From positions 124,001 through 188,000 of the forward strand of contig LSRY02000060.1 in the NCBI GenBank assembly GCA_001643675.2: a stretch of DNA of 64,000 nucleotides. Reading direction: 5' to 3'. This DNA is from Monocercomonoides exilis PA203 (lineage: Eukaryota; Protista; Preaxostyla). A program made the position numbers and the translations under genes. Under the pieces are notes generated by a model. That model was not told the origin of the DNA. It worked only from the letters and a program-made list of their open reading frames with translations, and made no database searches. This document shows positions 39,343 through 52,200 of the stretch, piece after piece. How positions within the stretch are numbered: the stretch's first letter is position 1; each line of letters opens with the position of its first letter.

Positions 39343-39562
39343 AATCGGAATTACAAAACAGATTATTCCGGATAGCGGATTCAAAACATTCCTGTCAATT
39401 CAATTGGATCACTAAAACTATAATTTTTTTCTTTTCCAACAAAAGTCATAGTTACAAATGAAGTGTTCTTTTAAACAATAAAAGAAGTTTATTTTTTGAA
39501 TGATTTTGAAATTGAAACTTTCATGTTCATGTTTTCAAACGAAACGAAAAAAATGAATTTTC

Positions 39563-39563
<1 letters not shown>

Positions 39564-39608
<45 letters not shown>
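39564..39608. repeat. Poly-A run (45 nt)
   Basis: Direct reading. Confidence 0.95.
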
Positions 39609-39611
<3 letters not shown>

Positions 39612-39993
39612 CATTATACAAATAATTTTCTTTCGCTTGAACTTTGATCATCATTATATGGATGATCATTTTGGATATTTTAACTGTTTTCAGTGTGTTG
39701 ATAATAAAAAAAGTGTTTTGTTATTTTATTGAATTTATTTTGTAAAATGCTTTTGTTTAATTATCATGTGAATATGACAGTTGGATATTTTCATCTGAAT
39801 TTCATATAAACTCACGAAATTTCTCCGGCATGGAAACAAATGCTTGACAATGTTATTATTTCTATTTTGGTGATATTTGGTGAGTTTTAATAAACTTTTG
39901 ATTAAAAAAATTCATTTTTCGTTTTCGCCAAAAATTCAACAAAAGGAACTTTTCAAAAAAATATTTTTTCAAATAAATGAATAAATACAACAT

Positions 39994-40250
39994 GGGTGAT
40001 TATTTTTGAAATCATATCTTTTTTCGGGGTGTAATTTTTTCAAATATTGAATGTTTTCTGAAAGAAATGTTTAATTCAAAAAAATAGAAGCATGTTTATT
40101 ATTTTTGAATCAAATGCTTTTAAGAAAATAATAGATGAAAATGTCTTCAATAAGCCTTTTCACTTTGCATTGTTCATTTGTTATTATTCGAAACAAATTT
40201 TTGAACCAAAATTTTTATTAGAAAAAACATGATTTCAAAAATAATCTCTG
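39994..40250. mobile_element. MITE family A copy (257 bp, right end decayed)
   Basis: gggtgattatttttgaaatcata..ttttcggggtgt and atgatttcaaaaataatc; same length as the 3163 copy; flanks acat/actt. Confidence 0.8.
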
Positions 40251-40254
40251 ACTT

Positions 40255-40506
40255 GGGTTTTTCTTTTTCAATAGTCAAAAAACTTTTAAAATTGAGTTGA
40301 ATCGAAAAAAACGTAATAAGACAAATCCTGGAAATTTTTTCATTTCATTACTCTTCTATGTTCTTATTCTGTAATGAAATAGGTTCGAATAAAAAACAAT
40401 TTGAAAAGTGATAAAGCATTAAAGATTAATTGTAAAAATTATCAAACGAGGTTCCATTTTTTGATTAAAACAATGAACATAAGCGATTTTTCAAAATAAA
40501 CGACCC
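40255..40506. mobile_element. MITE family C-like copy (252 bp, diverged)
   Basis: Ends gggtttttctttttcaatagtc and gcgatttttcaaaataaacgaccc resemble family-C TIRs; same length as the 5101 copy. Confidence 0.55.
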
Positions 40507-40526
40507 ATATGTGTTTATCATTATTT

Positions 40527-40797
40527 GGAAAAAAAATACGGACTTTCAAGCTTTTTTTGCACAATGCACAGAAAAATTGCTTCACTTATATCTTTATTTC
40601 ACTTTCTCAGATTTCAAAAAAAAAATGATTTTAATATCCGCAAACAGGCATCGTTGAAATCGAATCATAAAGTTTTCCAACATTTTGCGAATGTCAAAAA
40701 ATGGGTCCATTTTTTGTTGTGTTCCTTGATATAAAAAAAGTCAATGAAAAGTTCATATATTTTCTATGAAAATGGCAAAAGCAAAATATTTTGCCTC
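40527..40797 (+). mobile_element. MITE family B copy (271 bp)
   Basis: aaaatacggactttcaagcttttt...aatgtcaaaaaatgg; colinear with the 3837 and 63191 copies; flanks attt/atta. Confidence 0.8.
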
Positions 40798-41623
40798 ATT
40801 AAGACAAAAACACAAAAATAAATACAAATTCATTCTTTTCAAATTTTTTTTTTCTATTTTATACGAAAAGTCACATCGTTTATAATCACAATTGGATATT
40901 AAAACAATAAGTTGCACAAAAATCGATGTGATTTTATCCGATTTTAGCTGTTAATGGATATTTTGATAAAAATTCAAATTCTATATAAAAAGAATATATT
41001 GAAGAACTTTTTGAAAATAGTCATAAAGCAATAAATCAAAAAATCATTTCTTGAACAATTATATATATATTTTTAACATGACGATAACCAGAAATGGTCA
41101 AAACTTTCAATCCAGCAAAGCTTAACAGTTCAATCCAAACATTTTTTTCCAAATTGAATTTTCTGTTCTGAATTTGAATGATTTTCGATGTTTAAAAAGA
41201 AAAAATAGTTATGAAAAAGTTTAAAAACTCCAAATGAAAACTCATGTCTTTTCATATTACCAATTAAAAAACAAACAGCTCTAACATTTCAGAAATAGTA
41301 GAAAGTACATTCAAAAATGGAATAAAATCAAAATTTAAAAATCAAAATGGAAAAATGAACTTCAATTCGAAGATAGCTTACAATAACAAAAAAAAAAAAA
41401 AAATAACAAAAAATAATTATGCTTCCTCACCGGAAGTATTTGAAAATAAGTGAGTGAGTATTTAAAACAGCAACTTGGCTGCAACCCCGCAACACAAATG
41501 ACCGCTTTAAACAGGTTATTGTTCCACAGTAAAGGAAAAATAAATAAAGAAAGAAAGAAAAGAAAGAAAATAATTATTCCTATATAGTTTTAAATCAACA
41601 TTTACTCAATTGCACTTTATGTA

Positions 41624-43232
41624 TTATCTTGAGATGATCGACAGCATATGATTAATGCTTTCCTTCTTGTGAAGAATGCCAGTATGTGAATACTTCAACT
41701 CTAACAAAGTTATTTCTTCATGTTGCTCGTCTTTCCATTTCAAGGCACCTAATTAAACAATAATAATTCCATTTGAATGTTGAAATTAAACATAAAATAT
41801 ATAAAACACACAAAAAAATTATATTAACAGAAAAAAAATTTTTTTTCCATTGAAACAAAAAAATTTTTTTATCAAAATTATCAATAAAATCAAATATTTT
41901 TTTTTTCAAGGCATTCAAACAATGTCACAATTCATACATCTCAGTGACTCAATTGGCACAGTTCCATCGCCGTCTCCAATGATATTCTTTCCCTGTTTAT
42001 GCCACCAGGAATCAGGCGCTCCTTCATACTGCATCGCCTTTGTCGTCTTTTTCCCTCTTCCAATTATAAAATGCACAGGCACATGAGGTGCTTTGATTGG
42101 CCTGTCGATGTACCGTTGAGTCATCGCCAGGGCTTCATCTGCCAAATATCTGTTTGTCGACGTAAACACATGAGACATGTTCCGAAGAGTAATCGTCTCT
42201 CCGATGCTGGGAATTGTCGCAATAATCGTGTCGTCAGCATACGCGTTCTTGTTCGGCAGCATCCAGAAAATGGAACCAAATTCCTTCGCCATTTCGTGGG
42301 TAGCTTTGGCGCCGACTGTTGGAATCGACCATTTGTGAGGTGAGGCAAGATGCGCAAATGCTTCGGTTGCTCCGCCATATGGCCCGCTGATAGATATGAA
42401 CGATGCAACATATTGGTCAACCCAATCTTGTGTCACATAACGAGTCATGAAAGTGTGTATAAAGATGCACCCTACAAATTATTAGTTGTTTATTTCAAAA
42501 ATTAAAATGATTAAATGATAAAAAGCAACATAACAACAAAAGCAGTACCGCAACTGTGTCCTATTAAATGAACCTTTTTTCCGTTATTGAGGTTTGATGC
42601 TTTTTCCACAAGATCTTTAAAGTTTGCAAACATTCCATTTTCCATACATGTTTTTGGATGAGCAATTCTCCAATCATACTGAAATTAAAAACAAAATATA
42701 AAACTATAACAAAATGCCTATACACACAGGTGCGCCAAATAAATTCTTTCCAGTTTGATATCCAGCTTTTTTAAACGCTTTGACAATTGTATTAAACATT
42801 CTTGTAACAGTTTTCACAACAGGGTCAAGATATTTAATTCCCTGTTAAATAAAAAGCAAACAAATAATTTTCAACATATGCACTATCCTTTCAAACCTTA
42901 ACTCCACCAAAATCCACTGGGCGAACCTCAATATGATTTGCTGATAAGAATGTCTCATTAACAGGATCGTAATGAGTTTTAATATCTTTTATATATTTTG
43001 GCAAAAGTCCTGGCAATGTTCTTGCGAAATCAAGCCATAACGTTGACCATTTTGTTCCCGTTTTATTTCTATATTCCAAGTGACTTCCAGCAAGACCTGG
43101 AACAAGAACAACTGGATCAAGTTCTTGACGCCTCTCTATTTCATCAATAAACATTTCTTCTTCATCTTCAAGCTCTTCAAATTCATCAGCTGCAAACGCT
43201 GAGAGAAATGTCAAACAAATACACACCCACAT
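41624..43232 (-). CDS. LCAT / group XV phospholipase A2-like secreted lipase, 5 exons
   Basis: Signal peptide; PVVLVPGLAGS, GAPYDWR, nucleophile elbow GHSCG, GDGTVP, SHTGIL; TAA at 41624. Confidence 0.93.
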
Positions 43233-43375
43233 TCGAGAAAAATAAATTTATGCAATTTGATCAATCGATCAAATCAATATTTAAAATATAAAAAATGTGA
43301 CCAGAAATGGTAAATGTTTGATAAAATATCTTATATATATAACTGTTTGTACAAAAACAAAAAATATTTCGAATT

Positions 43376-46300
43376 CTACTCTTCAGATGCTCTGATTTCT
43401 GTATTTTTCGAAATATTTCCAATTTTTTTTGAAAATCCTTTTTGTTTGCTTTTTGTTGTGAAAGGTTGGCTGTAACTAGCTGATACAGGAGAGCAGGGCA
43501 TTGAATGGGGACGGCTGTTGCAGTGCTGGAAATGTGGCTTATATGAATTGAAGGGAAGAAGAGCACCTTGATTCTGATATGGAGAGGAAGGCACAGGTGA
43601 TAGAGGAGAGAAAGGCGGATGAAGATGAGGAGGAGGAGAACGATATGGCTGGAAAGAAGGAGAGGTGGGAAAATGAGGAGAAAATTGAGGAGAAGAAACA
43701 TTGAATCCAAGATTTGGGGAAGAAGGAATGAATGATTGAGGAGACTGAATTGGAGAGAACGAGGAAGAAAGAGAAGAAGAAAGTTGAAGAGAAGGTTGGG
43801 GTAGTGCAGGAGGAGGGGGAGGAGGAGGTGAAGAAGAAAACGAAGAAGCTGAAGAAGCAGAAAAGCGAGACGAAAATTGAGCCGGAACAGCAGTGGTAGC
43901 AAAAGTCGGAGAAGGCAAAGAATAAGCATTCACACAGCAACTCTGATGATTGGAAGTAGGGTTGCGCGGAGAGATAGAACGCGAATAAGAGCGAGAGGAG
44001 TGTGGAACAGAAGAAGGCTGCAATGAAGATGAAACAGGAGACTGCATGTTTGAAGGCAAGTTGCTTGGCATGCGAGGAGAGGAAGAAAAGAACGGCTGGA
44101 AAAGGCCAAAAGAGCCACTGCCTTTTGAATATTCAGAATTCAAAGAGCGCAATGTTCTCGCTTTGGGGATAGAGAATGAATCAAGTTTGGTTGCAGAAGA
44201 AGAAGAAGAGGAAGAATTGGGATAAGAAGAAAATGAAGGTGAGCGAGAAGGTGAATGAATCGGTGAGTCAGCCAGCGAGCCTCCATAATCAGTGCCCAGA
44301 AGACTTTCTTCCATAAATGCCGCCTTGAATGGTGAAGACTCAAACAGCAAGCAATCAGCACCCTCACTTCTTCTCAGCCATTTCTCAGCCTCAAGCAACC
44401 AGCCAGGCTTCTCTTTCATCCTCACCATCGCTTTGAGCTCGTTTTTTTGATCCTCATTCAAAATACCTTCCCTCCACAACGTATCTATCACATCCTCCAC
44501 AAACACCCTCTCCTCTCTTCTTGGAGTTTCCTGATAGATGCAATGGAACAACCAACAAAGATATGGAAAAATGATCCCTCGTTCTCCAGCCATCCTCACA
44601 AACATACCAACCAACAGGACACACAGAGCATTCCTCTCTTCGCCTAAGGGAGGATAGCAGCACCAAACAACACACAGAAGCCAGGTGAAGCACTGCAGCG
44701 AGGAGGAATCAGTGGAGTGTGTCACACACCACTCTAAAGCACTGGCACAGGCATCAGATCCACACACAGCAAGTTCTAACTCACACAGCCACTGAGAAAG
44801 AAGAGGGACGGATGAAAAGATGGAGAGGATGGAAGATAAAGGAGATGTTGGGGCAGAGGCAGAGGATGATGAATGACCAGGAGATTGATTGAAGAAAGTC
44901 AGGAATTTTGAAGAAGTTGAAGAAGTTGAAGAAGTTGAAGAAGTTGAAGAAGTTGAAGAAGTTGAAGAAAAAAAAGAAGAATTCGATGAAGAAGAATGAT
45001 TAGGTTGTTTTGAATGTGTCGAAATTATAGGAGATGAATTCGGTGAATAGCACAACGCAGAAAGCGCTGTTTTCACCGAAGAAGAAGAAGAAGAATACGT
45101 TGATGAAGATGATGAATCACAAATCTTCAAATTCGACTGTTTGCGATTGCAATCACCATCATTTTGTGTTCTTATTCCCTTTTCTGCCTCTCCCTTTCCA
45201 TCAGCACATTTTTCTTCCTCCTCATCTGGATGAACAATTTTGCTTATTATTGGGTGTCTGGCGCTGAGGAAGCACTCAGGAACATCCCATCTCTTCCCCT
45301 GTGCATATCGGATCACTCTTTTGCCGCTTTCTTCCTCCGAAATCCCGTTCAGTGCACAGAAAACACGCCATTTGTAGTACTCGTTCCCTTCTCCACCTTC
45401 GCGCAGGAAACTGAACAACGGGAACTGCTTCTTCTCTTCCCGCATCTTTGTTTCAAACCCTTTCCCTTTCACCACAACATACATCGCCATCTTTTCAATC
45501 ACGTGCTCCAAATCAACATTTTCCGGAGGAGCTGCAGGAAAAATAGCGTTCTTGTTCTGATTCAATGAAAAGATTTCTTCGTTCGTTGGGTGATTTTGGT
45601 TGTCTTCCTTTTCATCCTTTTCCTCATTTTTATCTTTGTTCATTTTTTTCTTCTTTCTTGCTGAGTTGTTACTATGGTGATACAACGGAATATTCTTTTT
45701 CGCATATCCAATATGCATACAGCACTGTTTTTCTATTTCTTGTTTGCCTTTTTCAATTTCCTTTTCCTTCTCTTCCCCTTCCCCGATCCCTTCCTTTTCC
45801 TTATTTCCTTTCATCTCTTTCATTTCCTTCAGTGCTGCCTCCACTGTCAGCTTTGCACAGACTGCCTCCTCTGTCGTGAAGAACGCTACAAACGCATATC
45901 GCTTCTTCTGATTCACCGCCACATAATCCAGCGGCCCAAACTCCCCAAACAGCTGCCGCACATCCCGCTCTCCCGTGCCAGCGGGGAAGTTGCGGATCCA
46001 CAGCGTGCGCTGCGCCTCCCCCGCTTCCCACTCCGCCTCAACCACAGCCTCAGGGAACACTCCAGAGCGCAGCACCGCCTCCGCCTCGCTGATCCGCCCG
46101 TAGCTGCACAGAAGAGAGAACCCTCCGATCGCAAAGCGGAACGTGTCGATGGAGTCTGGCTCTGACGACAGTACACCCGAAGAAGAGCTCTGTACGTACT
46201 CTGAACTATCTGCTGTGCTTTTTGATGGAATGTCGCTGGATATAGAGGCTGCGGATGAAGAGGATTCCTCAAGGCAAGAAGAAGAAGAAGAAGGCAAAGA

Positions 46301-47824
46301 AGAAGAAGTTGATGATGAAGACGACGATGAAGATGTCGATGAACAGTGCAAATGAAATGATGATTGCGAAGAAATTGAAACGGCTGGAGTGTTTGCCGAA
46401 TTTTCAGTGGAAGCTTCTGCTGTCTGACATTGGAGTTTGTTCTGTTCAGCAGCAAAATCAGAACTCTTTGCAGCAACTTCGTCCTTCTCCGCCAAAGCAG
46501 AGAGCGCAGCTTCTGCCGATCGAGTGCCCTCCAGCCGAGGTGTGTGCCTGATGCCAAATTCGCTATTTTCCGGTGGCTCTGCTTTGGCTGTTGCTGCTGC
46601 TGGTTCTGCTGCTGCTTGCTCTTTCTGAATGGCGAAGCCATCACCACACAATGAATCATTCCCAATCTGATTCGCGCCACGCTTTCCTTGAAGGCAGCCA
46701 ACAGAGCTATTTACGCTTTTTTGCAGCGTCTCTTCTGTGGCTGCGCTTTCTCGTGAAGAATCTGCAGAAGAGCTTGGCTGGCTAAGGCAATGCAGCTTTG
46801 TGGTGCTTGGCTTTGAAGTCAGAAGCGTCGCAGTCTCTTCAAACAGACTGTCGTCAGCGTAAAAGCCACAGTCTTCAGCAACTCGGATGCTTTCTTCGTG
46901 CTTCGGATTGCTCCCGCGCTTTATGCTGTCTATCGCTTTCCTGCAATCCAGCTCCCTTAAAAAATTCACAAATGCACAGCATTTTCCTCGAATAATTCGA
47001 ATAGATTCAACTGCTCCAAATTTCGAAAAAAATTGGTACAATTTTTTTTCTTCCAATTCTTTTGGCAGTCCTCCAACCCAAATCGTCTTTTTTCTTTCTT
47101 TTGACAAATCAACAAATTCTTTTGAAAAAGCATCTGACCCATCGAACGAAATGCCTTTATATCCTGCTGAATGCAAATTCTCAAATAACCGACTTGAGAA
47201 AAGGCGGAGCCGAAATGGATTTGCCGGTTCCTTGCTTTCTTTATTCGTTAACTCACTTTTTTTATTGGGATCATCATGCGAAGGAGTCGTCAAAGGAGGA
47301 AGCTGAAAATATGTCGCTTGCGCAACAGGCATATGCCACCCGTCATGCGACTGGCCAGCTGAAAGTCCATCGTTGCCATATGCATTTTGATACGGCGTAT
47401 TTGATAGAGAACAATATTGATAAAAACACCCATCTTGAAAAGAAAAGATATAAATTCTTCTAAAAATCACAAAAAAATACATACCAAACGGGTTATTTTC
47501 CGCTACAGGAAAATAATACCCAGGCAAATAAGACAATTGGGGATAAATATATGGAGAAAGATATTGATTTTGAAGCGAAGAATACATCATCTCTCCCCCT
47601 TCATATGCGCAGGAAATAGATTTTTCACTGTCTTTTTGCGCAAAGGATGCATATTGCATGCAGCAATCAGCCCGAGGGTCCAAAACATTCTTTCCAGCAA
47701 AATATCGTTTATAATGGTTGCAAAAAAATAAATTAAAATTTTCTGAATGATAATCACGATTTGGACGCTGGGCGAATCGGTAGCTATCTATTTCTGTGAA
47801 TTGTTTGAACAACCCAATTAACAT
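43376..47824 (-). CDS. RNA-binding protein: two RRMs + SURP + CID-like helical region + Ser/Pro tail
   Basis: IWVGGL..CAFVNF; LWIRNF..YAFVAF; SURP IEKMAMYV..GFE..FSFL..YYKW; true start and 5' introns uncertain. Confidence 0.85.
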   Translation of the reverse strand: MLIGLFKQFTEIDSYRFAQRPNRDYHSENFNLFFCNHYKRYFAGKNVLDPRADCCMQYASFAQKDSEKSISCAYEGGEMMYSSLQNQYLSPYIYPQLSYLPGYYFPVAENNPFGMYFFVIFRRIYIFSFQDGCFYQYCSLSNTPYQNAYGNDGLSAGQSHDGWHMPVAQATYFQLPPLTTPSHDDPNKKSELTNKESKEPANPFRLRLFSSRLFENLHSAGYKGISFDGSDAFSKEFVDLSKERKKTIWVGGLPKELEEKKLYQFFSKFGAVESIRIIRGKCCAFVNFLRELDCRKAIDSIKRGSNPKHEESIRVAEDCGFYADDSLFEETATLLTSKPSTTKLHCLSQPSSSADSSRESAATEETLQKSVNSSVGCLQGKRGANQIGNDSLCGDGFAIQKEQAAAEPAAATAKAEPPENSEFGIRHTPRLEGTRSAEAALSALAEKDEVAAKSSDFAAEQNKLQCQTAEASTENSANTPAVSISSQSSFHLHCSSTSSSSSSSSTSSSLPSSSSSCLEESSSSAASISSDIPSKSTADSSEYVQSSSSGVLSSEPDSIDTFRFAIGGFSLLCSYGRISEAEAVLRSGVFPEAVVEAEWEAGEAQRTLWIRNFPAGTGERDVRQLFGEFGPLDYVAVNQKKRYAFVAFFTTEEAVCAKLTVEAALKEMKEMKGNKEKEGIGEGEEKEKEIEKGKQEIEKQCCMHIGYAKKNIPLYHHSNNSARKKKKMNKDKNEEKDEKEDNQNHPTNEEIFSLNQNKNAIFPAAPPENVDLEHVIEKMAMYVVVKGKGFETKMREEKKQFPLFSFLREGGEGNEYYKWRVFCALNGISEEESGKRVIRYAQGKRWDVPECFLSARHPIISKIVHPDEEEEKCADGKGEAEKGIRTQNDGDCNRKQSNLKICDSSSSSTYSSSSSSVKTALSALCYSPNSSPIISTHSKQPNHSSSSNSSFFSSTSSTSSTSSTSSTSSTSSKFLTFFNQSPGHSSSSASAPTSPLSSILSIFSSVPLLSQWLCELELAVCGSDACASALEWCVTHSTDSSSLQCFTWLLCVVWCCYPPLGEERNALCVLLVGMFVRMAGERGIIFPYLCWLFHCIYQETPRREERVFVEDVIDTLWREGILNEDQKNELKAMVRMKEKPGWLLEAEKWLRRSEGADCLLFESSPFKAAFMEESLLGTDYGGSLADSPIHSPSRSPSFSSYPNSSSSSSSATKLDSFSIPKARTLRSLNSEYSKGSGSFGLFQPFFSSSPRMPSNLPSNMQSPVSSSLQPSSVPHSSRSYSRSISPRNPTSNHQSCCVNAYSLPSPTFATTAVPAQFSSRFSASSASSFSSSPPPPPPPALPQPSLQLSSSLSSSFSPIQSPQSFIPSSPNLGFNVSSPQFSPHFPTSPSFQPYRSPPPHLHPPFSPLSPVPSSPYQNQGALLPFNSYKPHFQHCNSRPHSMPCSPVSASYSQPFTTKSKQKGFSKKIGNISKNTEIRASEE

Positions 47825-49206
47825 GGATGGCCTATTGCCATATTATTTTTCCTCTTTTACCGAAAATACATGAAAGCAAATTCATGTTCAACCTCAATTT
47901 CCATTTCTCAAGCATTCATTACGTAATTGACAATTGAAAATCCATCAGTTTATCTGGAAACTTCATTATTTGAAACCCGATCATAATTGTTGGTGTGGAA
48001 AAAAAATTCCATATTTTCCAAATTATTAAAAATCCTGCTTTTTATTTTCTTCATTGTTCTTGCCAGTTAAGCTTTGCCGTTCTGAGGCAACTGCAAAGAG
48101 CGATGCAATACACGCATGCATTCTGAATTTCGGGGAAGATGCGCCGAACTTGATTCCACACTCCATTTGTTGGAAGCTCGGGCTTATTCGCTGCGAGAAA
48201 TAAGTATCTGCCGAATGGCCTGCTCGGAGTGCATAAAATATTTGGATAGCAACGGTCAGTGGAGAAAGAGAAGCCAAACAAGTTGGAGTCGGAGAAGAAG
48301 ATTGAAACTTTGTGAATTTTGATGAGGAACGGCTTGACAAAGTTGAAAAGGAAGCTCACCAAATAAATGGAAAGAGCACAACGTTTTGACAATGATTCGT
48401 GCCCAACAGATTACCAAGAGAGCGCTGCGAGTTTTTTAAAGGCGTGAAATGCTATTGATGCAAATGTCAGTTGCTTTATATCTTTTGATTGATAGCTTTC
48501 TTTGCTCAAACGAAAAGTGAGGAATCAGTACCAGATTTTAAAAGTTGTTAGATAAACTGCCAGATGAGTTTATAAACATTTTTTCCCCAAAGCAAAATAA
48601 TCCACGAAACAAAATAGGAAATGGGAAAATTGCCTTCAAAGATTTGAAAATTAAGAGAATTGTTGAAAAAAAAAGAAAAGGATAGAAAGTTAATGATAAG
48701 AATTTGGGAAAAAACATTACACGAGAAAAATCTGGTGATGATCCAAGTCGTGACGGAAAAGAGCTGGAAAAGGAAACATCAAACATGAAAAGAAGAAGCT
48801 CCTTTTTTCATTCGGAGAGTAAGAGCAAATTGACTTCAAGGAGACATGATTGTGAAATATTGATAGGAGACATTCAAGAAAAACTCTGCATGCTGACATC
48901 AGTCATCTGTCATGCCTTCCTTCAATGCTTCAGTGGATGTTTATTTCAACAAAAAATAAAAGTGAAGATTCCGAATTTGGATGCATTAGCAAGGAAATTT
49001 CTTTATTAATGCAAGTCAATAAGAAAAACTCTGCTTTCAGCCATAATAAATATTTCTTAATTACAGTAATTTACTAATATTTCTAACTTGCTCCTTGTTC
49101 TCTGAAAGACAATTTTTCCAGATAAAAGGCAATCAGAAACAAAGTTTGTTTGCTCTTTTCGTATTAGAATTTCTTTTTGAATTATCGTTGAACTGTATTT
49201 ATTTGG

Positions 49207-52200
49207 ATGAATAAAACTTTGCAGTCAAGCAGCAGAATGGCACACATCGTTATGAATATTTTGGGGCTGACAATATTCATTCAAACTTTTTTCGCCAATG
49301 AGTTAGCTGATTCTTTCGAGGCACAATTTCACAATGACTATCTATCGTATGGATTTATGCTTGTGTGGAAAATGCAGATAATTGTTATGTTTTAGCCGTG
49401 TGTTGTTTTGCTGCCACATTGTCAATTCTTCAATAGAGTTAGGATCAGTTGAACTTCTTCAGCCAGTGGAAAGAAGTATTATTCAGGGACATGAGAATTC
49501 TTGTCTTTCAGTTGCATCTTGCACAGTTGCATGCCGAGGGTCCTCTGTCATTGCACCTTTCGATTCCGTTCTTCATTCAAGAATCGCAAACATTTCGATC
49601 AGGACTATAGGAAATCCGGAGCTTTTTCCGCCTTTGATGTCTTCAAGAACTGTATTTCAAGGAAACAACCAATATTCAAGCACAGCTATCAGTTCTTCCA
49701 TTTTTTCTTCCTTTCAACTGACCGCTGCACCATTTATAACTTCGTCAGCTTTTTCGGCAGATGAATTGTCAAAGTTGGTATTCAGCAACATTTCTCTGAT
49801 GATGGCTTATATCCCGCTGAATCAAGAGCCTGCATCAGGCGTTTCACATATTTCTTGTTGCTCATTTTATGATGTTTCAAATGTGTTTTATGGAGGCATT
49901 GTCAGAACAATCGGTGATCCATCTTTTTCTCATTTTTTGATCAACAACTCATTTTTTTCATGCTCACGGGCAACCAACGATGACTTCACAAACAATTCTT
50001 CAATGGATAGGATCATTTATTCTTCACAAAAACGATTTATCCGATGTGAATGGCATAGTTGCATCGTGAATAACACAACATCTTGGGATGCAGACGGGTC
50101 TGGCGGTGCGATATGCATCATATCGCAGCCGAATTCAGAAATTGTTGTTGACCAGTGTTTATTTGAAGGGTGCTATGCATCGGGCCATGGAGGTGCAATT
50201 GCCAGCTATTATTCCGGAACACTAATTCTTTCAATGTCAACTTTCGAAAACTGCTCATCCAAATCAGGGACTGGAGGTGCCATATCTGTTGAAGGTGTTT
50301 TAGGATGCTGTTCAGTCCAAAATAACAATTGCTTAAATTGCACCACATTGGATTATGGAGGAGGAATTTATGTTTTCACGGACAGAATGTTGTTTGAAGA
50401 TTGCATTGAAAATCAGAAAACAAGTGTTCTGTTTAAAGAGGAAGAAAAACAAATGGATGAAAAAATTATGATTTTCAATTGCAACTTTCGCTTTTGTTCA
50501 ACTGCTCGTCAATACGGAGGGGGATTGAGTTTGCCATCGGGAACACTTTGTGCAATAGTGAGCAACTGCCATTTTTTTGAATGCAGTTCAGAGAGCAAGG
50601 GTGGAGGAATGAGATATAGGTTGTATTCCCATCACTTGCTGACTCAGGTTTTATTCAGGTATTTGTTTTTTGATAAATGCAGTTGTAGAAGTGACAGCAG
50701 CAGAAGTGGCCACGACATATATTTAGATGACTCGTACAATCGCTCTGCAGAAACCCAGTTTGAATCATGTTATTCAACCAACTTATTGGCTCAGAGGCTT
50801 TGCAAGGACAATGGCACAGCATATTACTTCCCGGATTGGCTTTTGAGCGGGTATCTTTTCCGCTATGTTGGAACAGAAGGAAATGACAATGATGCATTGT
50901 GCGGGATGAGTTCCACGAGCAGCTGCTTAACGATTGAAAAAGCTATTGAGTTGTCATCTTCAAAAGGACAACAACAACTTCTGCTTCTTCCTGGTGTGTT
51001 TAATCCCCGCATTGCTGTAGATACACAGGATAAAGAAATTTTAATCACAGAAACTGAATCAAATTCTTCAGAGGTTTCGTCAAAATCTTTGTCTGCATCT
51101 TCTGATTCGCTTTTTGTACTGTCTTCTGGAGTTATGTTCATTGACTCATTGAGAATTACACATTTTCTGACAGATTCAAATATGGCGTCCCATCTATTTT
51201 CCATGATCTCACAACAAGGAAGACTTGTGCTGAGATCTGTCATAATTTCATCGCAAGGACAACAGCCATCATCAACATTCACATCTTCATTGTTCCACAT
51301 CGTTTTCTCACAACTGCGTTTTGAAGATGTGATGATTCGCAATTTTCTGATTGAAACATCTCTTTTCACTGAGCATACTTCTTCGTCATCTCAACTGTCA
51401 ATGTTCAACAATGTGTCGTTTCAACAAATCACTCGGACTGTAGGAAATGGGACAATAATTTCAAAAATACTGCTTTCCTCAGAGCAATTTTTCATCACAA
51501 ACACAACGCTTGAAGATTGCAGCTGCTCATCTGGAAACGGAGGAGGAATGTATTTGCGCTCGACAGATGCAACAAACACAATTAGTATTTGTGACAAAGG
51601 GAATGCAAAGTTCAGCCAATGTTCTGTTCCAGCAAAACGACAGGATAGAGGAAAAGGAGGGGGGATGTATATTCAAGGTGTTTCCGATAGTTGGACATTG
51701 AAATTTGGAGATGTGTCATTTGAAGAATGCAAAGCATGGAAAGGATCTCACTTGTTTGTCGAAGGATCGAATCTTTCTGAACTTGTGAATAAAAGGACAA
51801 TTGGCTTTTTTGTGGACATTTCAGGCAGCTCATCTTTTGACGAATTGTCTGGATTTGAAAACAAAAACACAACTGCTGCGATTCCACTTGTCCTGTTTTT
51901 GAGAACTTTTTCTGCCCCAGCCTTTGTGAGTGGACTTGATGAAGGAACAGATTACAGACTCTGTGGATACCAAGATTATCCTTGCTCGTCGATTGAAGCA
52001 GCATGCAGCAATCGTTTTCTTTCTCAAAAGCATATAATTAGACTTCTGAATTCCTATGTTTTTGATGATGAAATTATTTTTGATAAGGATTCGAACGAAA
52101 TTGATGTGGAGCGTGTTGGAGCAGAAATACTTGTTCACTCACTTTCCCCAATTGTTCACAACGCAATAGTTATAAACAAAGTGACAACAACAATTGATAA

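Noticed and set aside
48026-49009. Short ORFs between the divergent RRM and giant genes
   Set aside because: No motif or consistent frame; cannot be supported as genes
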